Below are positions 26,933-36,542 of a stretch of DNA of 45,156 nt, piece by piece. Made by a program: the position numbers and the translations under genes. Numbering within the stretch: the first letter of the stretch is position 1; every line of letters begins with the position of its first letter. The DNA is from Clostridia bacterium (GTDB lineage: Bacteria > Bacillota > Clostridia > Christensenellales > UBA1242). The stretch is from contig CAAFWB010000003.1 in the NCBI GenBank assembly GCA_900766395.1, forward strand, positions 1 to 45,156, in the 5' to 3' direction. Below the pieces are notes generated by a model. That model did no database searches, was not told where the DNA came from, and saw only the letters and a list, made by a program, of their open reading frames with translations.

Positions 26933-27559
26933 TTATTCTCCTTGCTCCACCCCGTTTGATGCTTGGCTCTCTTGGGTGTTTGATGCATGGTTCTGTTCAA
27001 CAATCAAATTGATTTTGTTTTGTTTGCTTGCTCTCAAAGCATGACGATTGCTGTTCAAAACATAAATTGCTTTGACACTTGGAATGTCAATATGTGGCAC
27101 AACAATCAACGAATCGTAAAAATCTTTTGGCTTCGTTATGTTCGATAGTTCACTCTCGACAAAATCTTGATATTGCTCCTCAATTTTAGAGAATTCTTCC
27201 TCATCTTGAATTTCAAGCGCACGACTACTGCGTTTTTCATACATTATTTTCATAAAAACAAATTTCAAAAACGCACTCTTATTCAGCATGATATAATCTT
27301 CGCCACTTTGTTCAAAAGAAATCATGACATTTTCATCATTTAAAAACTTTTTGCAAATTGCTGGAGTTGAAAACGCACAAATTGAATTTTCAATCCAATC
27401 TTCTTTGTCAAGATATTGCAAAACATCAGGCAAATCATAGGTAAAATCATCTTGATATGTCCCTGCAAAATCGTCACATTCGATGCTTCCAATTCGGTTT
27501 GGATTATTGGCGATTTTTTCTTCAAAGACATAATTTGGAATCAAACAATATAATCTCAT
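26933..27559 (-). CDS. Acidic hypothetical protein, translationally coupled between prfB and tsaD
   Basis: RBS GGAGGG. The ATG directly follows the prfB TAG. No recognisable motif. Confidence 0.5.
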   Translation of the reverse strand: MRLYCLIPNYVFEEKIANNPNRIGSIECDDFAGTYQDDFTYDLPDVLQYLDKEDWIENSICAFSTPAICKKFLNDENVMISFEQSGEDYIMLNKSAFLKFVFMKIMYEKRSSRALEIQDEEEFSKIEEQYQDFVESELSNITKPKDFYDSLIVVPHIDIPSVKAIYVLNSNRHALRASKQNKINLIVEQNHASNTQESQASNGVEQGE

Positions 27560-28679
27560 CTAACCCTCCGTAACCTTGTTGCTTTTAATCAAATAAGTGT
27601 TAATAAATTGTTGAATATCGCCGTTCATAACAGCATTTATATCGCTGGTTTCATAGTTTGTTCTGTGGTCTTTGACCATTGTGTAGGGTTGGAAAACATA
27701 TGAACGAATTTGGCTGCCCCACTCAATCTTCTTGATTTCGCCTCGAATTGCGTTGAGTTTTTCCATTTCTTCTTGTTCTTGCTTTTCAACCAGTTTGCTA
27801 TAAAGCATGCTCATCGCGGTTTCTCTGTTTTGGATTTGAGAACGCTCTGTTTGGCAAGCAACAATAATGCCTGTTGGAATGTGAGTAATTCTGATTGCAC
27901 TCTCAGTTTTGTTGACGTGTTGTCCACCTGCACCGCTGCTTCGATAGGTGTCAACTTTGAGGTCTTCTGGCCTGATTTCGATTTCTGGTGCTTCTTGAAT
28001 TTGTGGCATCACTTCAAGGCTCGCAAAACTCGTGTGGCGGCGAGCATTTGAATCAAAAGGCGAAATTCGAACAAGTCGATGAACACCTTTTTCGCATTTG
28101 AGATAACCATATGCGTTTTCGCCCTCAACCAAAAATGTAATGCTTTTTATCCCTGCTTCATCTCCGTCAAGAATGTCATAAATCGTGATTTTCCAGCCTT
28201 GTTTTTCAGCATACATTTGATACATTCGAAAAAGCATTTCGGTCCAATCTTGTGCCTCTGTTCCGCCCGCTCCTGCATGGAGTGTGAGAATTGCATTATA
28301 TGAATCATACTTGCCGTTAAGCAGTGTTGTCAGTCGCACATCTTCGAGATTTTTTTCGAATGTTTTTAATTTGTTTTCAAGTTCGCTCTCAAGTTCTTCG
28401 TCCGAAAACTCCTCAACGAGTTCAACGAGTGCCTCAAGGTCACTTGCCGCTTTTTCAAGCGATGCAATTTGTTCGAGTTTTTTCTCGCATACTCTCACTT
28501 TTCTTCCGTTTTCTCCAACGCGTTTTGAATCGGAATAAAAGTCAGGGACAAGTTGCTCCTCATGAAGTTTTTCAAGGTCGCTTTTTAGTTTGTCCGGGTC
28601 AAAGACACTCCTTGATGAAGTCAAGTGTTGCCTCACCAGTTTTTATTCTTTCTTTGATGTTGTCAATGAGCATTTCCAT
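27560..28679 (-). CDS. prfB: Peptide chain release factor 2, requiring a programmed +1 frameshift
   Basis: Frame 0 encodes MEMLIDNIKERIKTGEATLDFIKECL (28679-28602) and ends at TGA 28601-28599. The +1 frame continues DPDKLKSDLEKL... and contains SPFDSNARRHTSFA and GGQHVNKTESA. RBS AAGGAGA. Confidence 0.9.
28595..28612 (-). promoter_or_regulatory. RF2 autoregulatory +1 frameshift site
   Basis: Minus strand reads AGGAG-TGT-CTT-TGA-C. An internal SD-like AGGAG lies 3 nt before the slippery CTT T, as in E. coli AGGGGG-TAT-CTT-TGA-C. Confidence 0.9.
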
Positions 28680-28680
28680 G

Positions 28681-30738
28681 TTAATTCTCCTTAATGAATG
28701 ATGTGAGTTTTTTGCCCGAAAGCACAACAAGTTCATGCAGTGCACGGGTTGCCGAGATATACAAAACTTTTTTGTCAACCGCAGTTTTGTAGTTTGCTTC
28801 ATCGCAGTTTGGAATGATAACCTCGTCAAATTCAAGACCTTTGCTCATGCCGCTTGATGTGAATATAACTCCTGTTTCAATGAGCGTGTTTTGCTTGCTG
28901 AGGAGAACACATTTGAGTTTGTTCTCAAAGATTTTATAAAGCTCTTTTGCTTCCTCATCATCTTTTGCAATAATGGCAATTCTTGAATAGTTTTTGTTGA
29001 GTCCTTCCTTAATTTCATCTTCAAGTCGAGCAAGCATTTCACTCTTGTTTTCGCATTTTCTGATTTCAACTGGCGTGCCGTGACGATTGACATTATCCAC
29101 GCCTTCAAGTCCCAAAATCTTTTGAGCAAAATGTGCAATTTCAACTGTGCTTCGGTATGATTTATTCATATAGAGCAAAACTGAATTTGTGCCATAAATA
29201 TTTTTGAGAGTTTGAAGATAATCATCTCCCAAATCTCTGTCAAAACATTGATAGATGTCGCCGAGAATTGTTTTTGGACACTTGTATATTTTGTTAAACA
29301 ACAAGAAATGAATTGGGCTGTAATCTTGCATCTCATCAATAAGCAAATATTTGACAGATTTGTCTGGCGTGAGTCCAACAAAATAGTCTTTTATAAACAT
29401 GATTGGAGCAACATCTTCATATCGCACCACTCCTGCCCCCGAGAACTCAAACACAAGATTTTGCGTTGCAAGAAAATCTTCATAAATCTCAACAAGATTG
29501 GTGTTCTTAAACATTTTGTAAAGTTTGTTTTTGAGTCTTGAAAAAACTCCGCCACCATGTTCGTTTGTGAAATTAATTTCATCGCAACAAAAGTCCGCAA
29601 TATAATCAATTCTTTTTGCAACGTCAAGGTCTTGATATCTCTGATAATAGAGTTCGCCAAGTTTTTCTTTTGTAATCACGCAGTCGCCAACAACAATATC
29701 TTCCGCCTCAAACTCTGCAACAATTTTTTCTTTGAGGTATTTTTGCAAGTTGTCGCAAAATTCTTTTGATGTTTTCTTTTCAATTTCGTGACGGCGGTGC
29801 GTGTTGCCTTTTATCAAATCTTCAAGCATGTCTTCTCTGTCTTCAAACACAATGTCATCACGAAGGTTTTCAAACGCAATTTCTTTGAATGTGATTTCAC
29901 AAATGTTTTGTTCGCCAAGCTCAGGAAGAACATTTGAAATATAATCAGAAAAAATCTTGTTTGGCGAGATAATCATGATGTCTTTTGAACGGATTTTATC
30001 TTTATATTTATAGAGCAAAAACGCAACCCGATGCAATGCAATGCTTGTTTTCCCACTGCCCGCAACACCCTGAACAATAAGTGTTTGAGCAAGTTCTCCA
30101 CGAATGATTTTGTTTTGCTCTTTTTGAATTGTTGAAACAATGTTTTTCATTTTGTTGTCAACATTTTGAGAAAGAGTTTGTTGCAAAATGTCATCGCCAA
30201 TCGTCAAGTCGCTGTCAAACACAAATTGAAGGGCGCCACCTTTGATTTTATATTGGCGTTTGAGCGTGATTTCCCCTTCAATGTCGCCAAGTGGAGCAGA
30301 ATATTTTGCTCTCCCTTTTTCGTAATCATAATACATTGAGCAAATTGGAGCACGCCAGTCACAAATGTATGGCGCCAAAAGGTCTTTTTCGTTTGAGAGG
30401 TGCGCAACACCAACATAAATTTTGTCTGTGTCACGCGTGTCATCTGCAACAAAGTCAATTCTTCCAAAATATGGGCTGTCAATTTGACGATTTAATATCG
30501 CGCGTTTGTCAACAAGTTGAATGAGTTCAACGTCCGCTTGTTCAAGCATTCCGCTTGCACTCGCTTTTTCTTGCTTGTCCATGCTTGCAAATTGGCTTGT
30601 GATATATTCAAGAGCCTCATTCACCTTGATTTTTTGTCCACCAATTTTTTCTTCAACAACGCCAAGTTTTTCTTTGAGGACATCTTCAACTTCATTAATT
30701 CTTTTTGCTTCTGAAAGATATTCTTCTTCGGTTATCAT
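28681..30738 (-). CDS. helD: UvrD-family helicase of the HelD (helicase IV-like, RNAP-recycling) type
   Basis: SPYFGRIDF N-terminal motif, Walker A GVAGSGKTS, LIDEMQDYSP, GLEFDEVII, ISATRALHEL. RBS GGAGGG. Confidence 0.75.
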   Translation of the reverse strand: MITEEEYLSEAKRINEVEDVLKEKLGVVEEKIGGQKIKVNEALEYITSQFASMDKQEKASASGMLEQADVELIQLVDKRAILNRQIDSPYFGRIDFVADDTRDTDKIYVGVAHLSNEKDLLAPYICDWRAPICSMYYDYEKGRAKYSAPLGDIEGEITLKRQYKIKGGALQFVFDSDLTIGDDILQQTLSQNVDNKMKNIVSTIQKEQNKIIRGELAQTLIVQGVAGSGKTSIALHRVAFLLYKYKDKIRSKDIMIISPNKIFSDYISNVLPELGEQNICEITFKEIAFENLRDDIVFEDREDMLEDLIKGNTHRRHEIEKKTSKEFCDNLQKYLKEKIVAEFEAEDIVVGDCVITKEKLGELYYQRYQDLDVAKRIDYIADFCCDEINFTNEHGGGVFSRLKNKLYKMFKNTNLVEIYEDFLATQNLVFEFSGAGVVRYEDVAPIMFIKDYFVGLTPDKSVKYLLIDEMQDYSPIHFLLFNKIYKCPKTILGDIYQCFDRDLGDDYLQTLKNIYGTNSVLLYMNKSYRSTVEIAHFAQKILGLEGVDNVNRHGTPVEIRKCENKSEMLARLEDEIKEGLNKNYSRIAIIAKDDEEAKELYKIFENKLKCVLLSKQNTLIETGVIFTSSGMSKGLEFDEVIIPNCDEANYKTAVDKKVLYISATRALHELVVLSGKKLTSFIKEN

Positions 30739-30752
30739 TTTCCCTCCATAAT

Positions 30753-30813
30753 AAAAAAGACTTCACATGACAAAAAACGAAAAACAAGTTGTTTTTCGTC
30801 AGTCTTTGAAGTC
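30753..30813 (-). terminator. Two-tier terminator hairpin after the HicB-like gene
   Basis: Outer helix GACTTCA/TGAAGTC, inner helix ACGAAAAACA/TGTTTTTCGT, with a T-run on the minus strand. Confidence 0.6.
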
Positions 30814-31102
30814 AATCAGCAGAGCCAAATCTTTTTGTGTCAACAACAGTGTCAACAAGCATAACTTGGCAATTTTTGTATTTATTTGCAACTTTTCCAA
30901 TCTCGCTTGGAAGATTGAAATCCAAATCATAGGAAAGTGCATTTTCAATATACACCCTCAAATAATCTTTGCAATATAGATATGCTTCTTCCACATTTTT
31001 CCCGTTGGTTGAAATGCCTAAATCTGGAATCATTGCAACAAAGTTTTCGTCTTCAAATTCGTCTTTTAGCACAACCATCGGATAAAGATATAACTTTAAC
31101 AT
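30812..31102 (-). CDS. HicB-like (UPF0150-type) antitoxin-fold protein with no adjacent HicA
   Basis: YPMVVLKDEFEDENFVAMIPDLGISTNGKNVEEA resembles the HicB N-terminal fold signature. Confidence 0.45.
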   Translation of the reverse strand: MLKLYLYPMVVLKDEFEDENFVAMIPDLGISTNGKNVEEAYLYCKDYLRVYIENALSYDLDFNLPSEIGKVANKYKNCQVMLVDTVVDTKRFGSAD

Positions 31103-31160
31103 AAATACCCCTAATAAAAGTAGTCTACCATATATTTGAAAATCTTACAAACAAAATAAT

Positions 31161-31184
31161 AAAAAAACTCCGAGATAATCGGAG
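31161..31184 (-). terminator. Intrinsic terminator after the 72-aa gene
   Basis: Minus strand reads CTCCGA-ttatc-TCGGAG followed by TTTTTTT. Confidence 0.7.
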
Positions 31185-31191
31185 CAATTGT

Positions 31192-31410
31192 TTATTTTTG
31201 AAACATGCAAAATTCTTTGATTTCGCGTTGAATTTCATCGCGCTTTTCCAAGACTTGTCTAACTTCATTGCTTATTGCCGCGCCAGAAATTGTTGCCTCA
31301 ACACGCTTGCCGTCATGAAGTCTTATACGTCCTGCACAAATTGCGCTATTTGAAATTGCCAAATTTGTTTTTTGTTTATTATTGCTTTCTTTAAGTTTGC
31401 CGAATTTCAT
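31192..31410 (-). CDS. 72-aa hypothetical protein
   Basis: Strong RBS AAGGAGA, own terminator, and a plausible TGcTAGAAT extended -10 element. Confidence 0.5.
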   Translation of the reverse strand: MKFGKLKESNNKQKTNLAISNSAICAGRIRLHDGKRVEATISGAAISNEVRQVLEKRDEIQREIKEFCMFQK

Positions 31411-31609
31411 TTTTGTCTCTCCTTATTTCGCAAGAATTCTAGCACAAAGATTGAAGTTTGTCCATACCTTTTTAAAAAATTTTTTTATTTTTCCAAAAAA
31501 TGTCAAAAAGTGACTTTTTTGCTAAAAATAATTTAAAATAATTAAAAATAAATGAAAAATAATTATTAAAAATATTTAATTAAAATAAATAAAATAATTA
31601 ATTAATTTT

Positions 31610-31647
31610 TTACTCCTTACAAAGTAAGGAGTAATTTATTTTTTTAT
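31610..31647. terminator. Terminator-type hairpin directly downstream of hydA
   Basis: TTACTCCTTAC-aaa-GTAAGGAGTAA. The T-run is on the plus side only, so its efficiency for the minus-strand hyd operon is uncertain. Confidence 0.45.
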
Positions 31648-33318
31648 TTAATTTATATGCAATAATTTATGAGATAAATTTTTGTCGGCGAGAAAGAATT
31701 CTTCATATATCTTTTGCATATCTTTGTTCTCAAAACTGCGACGAGTGGATTTTGTTTTATCAACATCATAAATTGATTTTGAGCGTTTTGCCTTGATGTC
31801 CTGTTCTGTCACGCGAGAAAAGTCTTGCCAGATTTGACCGCCGCCATTGATGCACCCACCGGGGCACGCCATGACTTCAACAAAGTCATAGTGACTTTTC
31901 CCTGACATGATGTCTTCAACCACTTGTCTTGCATTCCCCAAACCGCTAACCACGCAAAGTTTGAGAGTTCTCGCCCCCGCTTTGACGTTTGCCTCTTTGC
32001 GACCCGCGCTTCCTCGAACTTCTTCAAACTCAATTTTGTCTTCGCCCAAAAGATGACAAGCATAGCGAAGTGTCGCCTCGGTCACGCCGCCTGAAACGCC
32101 AAACAAGAGCGCTCCGCCCGAATATTCTGAAAGCGGGCTATCAAAAGATGTTGGTGACAACTCCAAGAGATTTATGCCCTTTTGTTTCAACAGGCGCGCA
32201 AGTTCTCTTGTTGTGATGACAAGATCAACATCTTGTGCTCGTTCTCTTTCGCCTTTTTTTGCCGTGCAAGGCATAATCCCCACTGTTCTGATTTTGTCTT
32301 TTGGAATGTCGTGTTTTTGAGTGTAATAGTTCTTTATGATTGCGCCCAACATTTCTGTTGGACTCTTGCAAGTTGAGAGCGAACTCTCATATGCTTTGAA
32401 GTGATTCTGCACAAACTTGAACCATGCTGGACAGCACGAAGAAAATTGTGGCAAGTTTTTGTTTTGTTTTATTCTTTCAACAAGTTCTTCCGCCTCTTCC
32501 TTGACTGTGAAATCAGCACCCATATTGACATCAAACACTTTTTTGAAGCCCAACATTTTTAGTGCGGTCACCATTTTGCCTTCTTCAAACGTCCCAATTG
32601 GCATTCCAAACGCTTCGGCAAGACTAACGCGAACGGAAGGTGCAATTTGACAAGTGACAAAAAGATTTTCGTCAGCAAGCATCTCCAACAGTTTTTTCGT
32701 GTCGTCTTTTTCAACAAGTGCTCCAACTGGGCACACAAGCGTGCATTGACCACAGCCAACGCACGGACTGTTTTTCATGTCTTGGTCAAACGGACAGCCA
32801 AGCTTTGTTGAAAATCCCCTGCCAATTTTTGTTAGCGCGTTCACAGTTTGAATATCCCCGCAAACTTTTTCGCATCGCCCACACAAAATGCACTTATTCA
32901 TATCACGCACAATGCAAGGCGAGGACAAGTCAATCTCATATTGATTTTTTTGTCCGCCGTCAAATCCGCTTTGCACTTGATATTTATCGCAATATTCTTC
33001 AAGTTTGCAATAACCTTGTTTTTCGCAATGCTCACAATCTTTGTGATGATTGCTGACAAGCATTTTGAGCGTCATTTTTCGCGACTCCAAAACACGCGGA
33101 GAATCTGTTTCAATCACCATTCCGTCATATACATTTGTTGAACATGCGGTGACAAGTTTTCCGTTCACTTCAACCATGCACATTCTGCAACTTGAGTTTT
33201 CGCAGATGTTTTTCAAAAAGCAAAGCGTTGGGATTTCAATCCCGTTTTCGCGGCAAATGTCAAGAATGGTCTGACCTTCTTTGGCGTCATATTGTTTTCC
33301 ATTAATAACCACTTTCAT
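31648..33318 (-). CDS. hydA: [FeFe] hydrogenase catalytic subunit (HydA of a HydABC-type complex)
   Basis: Start moved to ATG 33318 (MKVVINGK; RBS GGAAGGTG). N-terminal 2Fe-2S and 4Fe-4S Cys clusters. H-cluster motifs SSCCPAW, MPCTAKK, MACPGGCINGGGQ. Confidence 0.9.
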   Translation of the reverse strand: MKVVINGKQYDAKEGQTILDICRENGIEIPTLCFLKNICENSSCRMCMVEVNGKLVTACSTNVYDGMVIETDSPRVLESRKMTLKMLVSNHHKDCEHCEKQGYCKLEEYCDKYQVQSGFDGGQKNQYEIDLSSPCIVRDMNKCILCGRCEKVCGDIQTVNALTKIGRGFSTKLGCPFDQDMKNSPCVGCGQCTLVCPVGALVEKDDTKKLLEMLADENLFVTCQIAPSVRVSLAEAFGMPIGTFEEGKMVTALKMLGFKKVFDVNMGADFTVKEEAEELVERIKQNKNLPQFSSCCPAWFKFVQNHFKAYESSLSTCKSPTEMLGAIIKNYYTQKHDIPKDKIRTVGIMPCTAKKGERERAQDVDLVITTRELARLLKQKGINLLELSPTSFDSPLSEYSGGALLFGVSGGVTEATLRYACHLLGEDKIEFEEVRGSAGRKEANVKAGARTLKLCVVSGLGNARQVVEDIMSGKSHYDFVEVMACPGGCINGGGQIWQDFSRVTEQDIKAKRSKSIYDVDKTKSTRRSFENKDMQKIYEEFFLADKNLSHKLLHIN

Positions 33319-33319
33319 C

Positions 33320-35149
33320 TCACACCTTCCTAATTGCCGAAAACTTGCAGGTTTTTGCACAAGTTCCACACTTTATGCACTTTTCTTGGCAAATTTCATG
33401 CGGTTGACGCACCGCCCCACCGATTGCATTTGTTGGACAAACTCTTGCACACGCCGTGCAGCCAACACATTTTGTTTTGTCGATTTCATATTTCACAAGC
33501 CCCTTGCAAACCCCAGCAGGACATCTGCCATGGATATGTTCAAGATATTCATCTCGGAAAAAGCGGAGAGTTGAAAGCACTGGATTTGGAGAAGTTTGAC
33601 CAAGCCCACATAGTGAATTATTTTTTGTGTAATTCGCAATTTCTTCAAGTTTGTCAAGGTCTTTTTCATTCGCCTTGCCTTCAGTTATTTTTGTCAATAT
33701 TTCAAGCATGCGCTTGTTTCCAATTCGACAAGGTGTGCATTTCCCACAACTTTCATCAACCGAAAAGGTCAAGAAAAATTTTGCAATATCCGCCATGCAT
33801 GCGTCCTCACCAAGCACAATCATTCCGCCCGAACCCATCATGGCACCAGACCTTGTCAGGCTTTCATAATCAATATCCGTGTCGCAAAGTTCTTTTGGAA
33901 TACACCCGCCACTCGGACCCCCAACAAGCACCGCTTTGAGTTGCTTTCCGCCTTTGACACCACCGCCACAAATATCAACAATTTGATTAATCGTTGTGCC
34001 CATTGGCAGTTCAAAAAGTCCCGTGTTGTTGACATGCCCCGACAGCGCAAAAACTTTTGTTCCTTTTGATCCTTCTGTCCCAACACTTTGAAACCACTCC
34101 GCGCCTTTCAAAACAATTTGCGGAATGCAAGCAAGTGTTTCAACATTATTGATAACTGTTGGTTTTCCCAAATAACCACGCACCGCTGGATATGGCGGTT
34201 TTTTTGTTGGCTCACCACGCTTTCCCTCGCAACTGCGAAGAAGCGCTGTTTCTTCTCCGCAAACAAACGCACTCGCGCCATATTTGATTTCAATATCAAA
34301 ACAAAAGTTTGTTTCAAAAATATTGTCACCCAAAAGCCCAAGTTTTTTTGCGTCACAAATTGCTTTTTCAAGACGCTCCCCAGCAAGCGGATATTCGGCT
34401 CGAACATAAACAATGCCATGACGAGCCCCAATGGCATATCCCGCAATTTCAAGCGCCTCAATAATTGCGTGCGGATTGCTTTCCATGATTGACCTATCCA
34501 TAAATGCGCCAGGGTCCCCTTCGTCCGCATTGCAAACAACATACTTTTCTTCGCTTTCGCTCGCTTTTGCAAAACTCCACTTCTTGCCAGTTGAAAATCC
34601 TGCGCCGCCTCGTCCACGAATTCCGCTTTTTGAAACGATGTCAATCACTTCATCTTGCGTCTTGTTTAGTGCGGCAAGCAGTCCAGAATACCCATCAACC
34701 GCGATATAGTCTTCAATCACTTCTGGGTCAATTTCCCCAATGTTTGCTCGTGCAATAAATGTTTGAGTTTTGAAAAATGGAATATCTTTGAGGCTTTTGT
34801 ATTCCACGCCCTCTTTATCTTTATATAAAAGTCGCGTGACAACTTCTCCCGCTCGCGTTTTCTTGACAATTTCTTCAACATCTTCACTTTTTACACGATT
34901 GTAAAAAATTTCTCCAGGATAAACCAAAACATTTGGACCCATTCCACAAAGCCCCAAACAACCAGTTTTGCAAATCTTGATAGCCCCGTCCGCCAATTCC
35001 AAAAATTTTTCATAAACCGCTTTTGAATTTATGCTTTCACACCCAGACGAATAGCAAACCATGATTTGATGTCGACCTTCTCGTGGAGCAAGCGCAATGT
35101 TTTTTTGCAAGGTTTGATTTTTGATTTGTTCAAGTTTATTTCGATTCAA
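33320..35149 (-). CDS. hydB: NuoF-like NADH-binding flavoprotein subunit (HydB)
   Basis: TTG start preceded by GGAGGTGA and overlapping the hydC stop. Motifs GRGGAGFSTGKKW, CNADEGDPGAFMDR, ESCGKCTPCR. C-terminal 2x[4Fe-4S] ferredoxin motifs. Confidence 0.9.
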   Translation of the reverse strand: MNRNKLEQIKNQTLQKNIALAPREGRHQIMVCYSSGCESINSKAVYEKFLELADGAIKICKTGCLGLCGMGPNVLVYPGEIFYNRVKSEDVEEIVKKTRAGEVVTRLLYKDKEGVEYKSLKDIPFFKTQTFIARANIGEIDPEVIEDYIAVDGYSGLLAALNKTQDEVIDIVSKSGIRGRGGAGFSTGKKWSFAKASESEEKYVVCNADEGDPGAFMDRSIMESNPHAIIEALEIAGYAIGARHGIVYVRAEYPLAGERLEKAICDAKKLGLLGDNIFETNFCFDIEIKYGASAFVCGEETALLRSCEGKRGEPTKKPPYPAVRGYLGKPTVINNVETLACIPQIVLKGAEWFQSVGTEGSKGTKVFALSGHVNNTGLFELPMGTTINQIVDICGGGVKGGKQLKAVLVGGPSGGCIPKELCDTDIDYESLTRSGAMMGSGGMIVLGEDACMADIAKFFLTFSVDESCGKCTPCRIGNKRMLEILTKITEGKANEKDLDKLEEIANYTKNNSLCGLGQTSPNPVLSTLRFFRDEYLEHIHGRCPAGVCKGLVKYEIDKTKCVGCTACARVCPTNAIGGAVRQPHEICQEKCIKCGTCAKTCKFSAIRKV

Positions 35150-35592
35150 TCCCTCACCTCCGCATAAAGTTTATCAACAAGCGTATTGATTGAAAGAGGT
35201 GTGACATTTGAGTGAATCGCTCCGTCAATGCTCACAACTGGTGCAAGACCGCAACATCCAAGACATCTCACATAATGCAGTTCAATAAATCCGTCCTCTG
35301 TTATCCCGCCGTCACCAATTCCCAGCTTTTTTTCAAGCGTATCGCAAACAACGCCCGCACCAAGCACAAAACATGCCGTCCCTGTGCATATTGATATTGA
35401 GTGCTTTGCTTTTGGTTTCAGGCGAAATTGAGAATAGAATGTGACAACTCCATAAATTTCAGCACACGACACCTTTGTTGTTTCTGAAATTTTTTCAATC
35501 GCTTCTTGCGAAACATATCCACATTTCTCCATTTCCTTTTGCAACAAAGGAATAACTTTTGTCTGCTGCTTCTTGCAATCACATTCTTTCAT
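35146..35592 (-). CDS. hydC: NuoE-like 2Fe-2S subunit (HydC)
   Basis: Start moved to ATG 35592 (RBS GAGGT). Motifs ICTGTACFVLGAG and RCLGCCGLAPVV. Confidence 0.85.
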   Translation of the reverse strand: MKECDCKKQQTKVIPLLQKEMEKCGYVSQEAIEKISETTKVSCAEIYGVVTFYSQFRLKPKAKHSISICTGTACFVLGAGVVCDTLEKKLGIGDGGITEDGFIELHYVRCLGCCGLAPVVSIDGAIHSNVTPLSINTLVDKLYAEVRD

Positions 35593-35752
35593 ATTTACCT
35601 CAAAATTTAGTTTAACAAATTGCTGCGTTTTTACAAAATGAATTTTTCTTTTAATGCTTTGTATTTTTAAAAAGCACATTCCACCATATAACCCATTTGA
35701 GATTGACATTTTTCATAATTTATAACAAAATGGTTAAAGAGGAAAACGCAAA

Positions 35753-36346
35753 ATGAGTTTGAGTGTAATAGCGCAATATATAAGCCTTGCGGCCACAGTG
35801 TTTATCGTTTTGGGGATTTTGGGAAAACAAAAATCAACGATAATGCTTTGGTTTTCGCTATATAATGTTGTCATTTTGGCAACCTATTTTATGCTCGGGA
35901 GATACACGGGGTCAATTTTGGTTTTTGTGACGCTCATAAAATCAATATTGTTCTATATTTGGGCACGAAAAAACATTCGCCCGCAAATATGGATTCTCGT
36001 GTTGTTTGAAATCTCTTACATAGTCATTCCAATTTTTCTTTGGGAATCAGCAACGGATATAATTCTTATCGTCAATCTTTTGCTCGTCACGTATCTATGT
36101 TGGCAATCAAATATAAAACTTTTGAAATTTGGATATATTCTAAGTTCTATTCTTTTAATCACCTACGACATCATTGTTGGTGCATACACAGCAATTATAG
36201 CCGAAGTTGTTTTTCTCATTTCAACCTGCATTTCAATTTATCAGTTGTATCACCCAAGAGCCAACAAGAAAACAGAACAAGTCACCAGAGAAGACACAAA
36301 CAAATCAACTGTCGAAACGCCAAATGAACAGAACAAAAGTCAATAG
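35753..36346 (+). CDS. Small polytopic membrane protein, possibly YgjV/PnuC-SWEET-like
   Basis: About 6 TM helices, RBS AGAGGAAAA, hydrophilic C-terminal tail. The family call rests on overall resemblance only. Confidence 0.35.
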   Translation: MSLSVIAQYISLAATVFIVLGILGKQKSTIMLWFSLYNVVILATYFMLGRYTGSILVFVTLIKSILFYIWARKNIRPQIWILVLFEISYIVIPIFLWESATDIILIVNLLLVTYLCWQSNIKLLKFGYILSSILLITYDIIVGAYTAIIAEVVFLISTCISIYQLYHPRANKKTEQVTREDTNKSTVETPNEQNKSQ

Positions 36347-36485
36347 CTTTTCAACCACCATAACGCTATTGATTTTTTTATAATTTCACAAATTTGTCTT
36401 TTTCAAACACAATTTAAACAATGTTCGTTAAAGCTCGACAAAAAAGTTATTTAAACATAATTTTTAATTTATATAATTGGTAATT

Positions 36486-36534
36486 TTTTACAAAATGTTG
36501 TAAAATTAATTTAAAAAAGCACAAGATATTGTGT
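36486..36534. promoter_or_regulatory. Tandem NrdR boxes upstream of nrdD
   Basis: Palindromes TTTTACAA-AATG-TTGTAAAA (36486-36505) and GCACAAGATATTGTGT (36519-36534), with centres 31 bp apart. The second fits the NrdR-box pattern acaCwAtATaTwGtgt. Confidence 0.6.
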
Positions 36535-36542
36535 TTTTTTGT

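Noticed and set aside
28599-28835. 78-aa ORF that could be called as a separate small gene overlapping the helicase end
   Set aside because: Only its last 26 codons (from ATG 28679, RBS AAGGAGA) are real. They are the frame-0 N-terminus of prfB, ahead of the programmed +1 frameshift. The upstream part overlaps the helD-like coding region in another frame.
31103-31191. Search for a HicA toxin gene next to the HicB-like gene
   Set aside because: The 89-bp spacer contains only a terminator hairpin. The upstream 72-aa protein lacks the HicA dsRBD-like signature and is separated from the HicB-like gene by that terminator.
33334-33939. 201-aa antisense ORF in hydB. Similar cases are 19122..19766 in the MacB gene, 34108..34644, 38203..38673, 38561..38950 and 41321..41683
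   Set aside because: These are antisense or out-of-frame to genes with unambiguous catalytic motifs and have no start context of their own.
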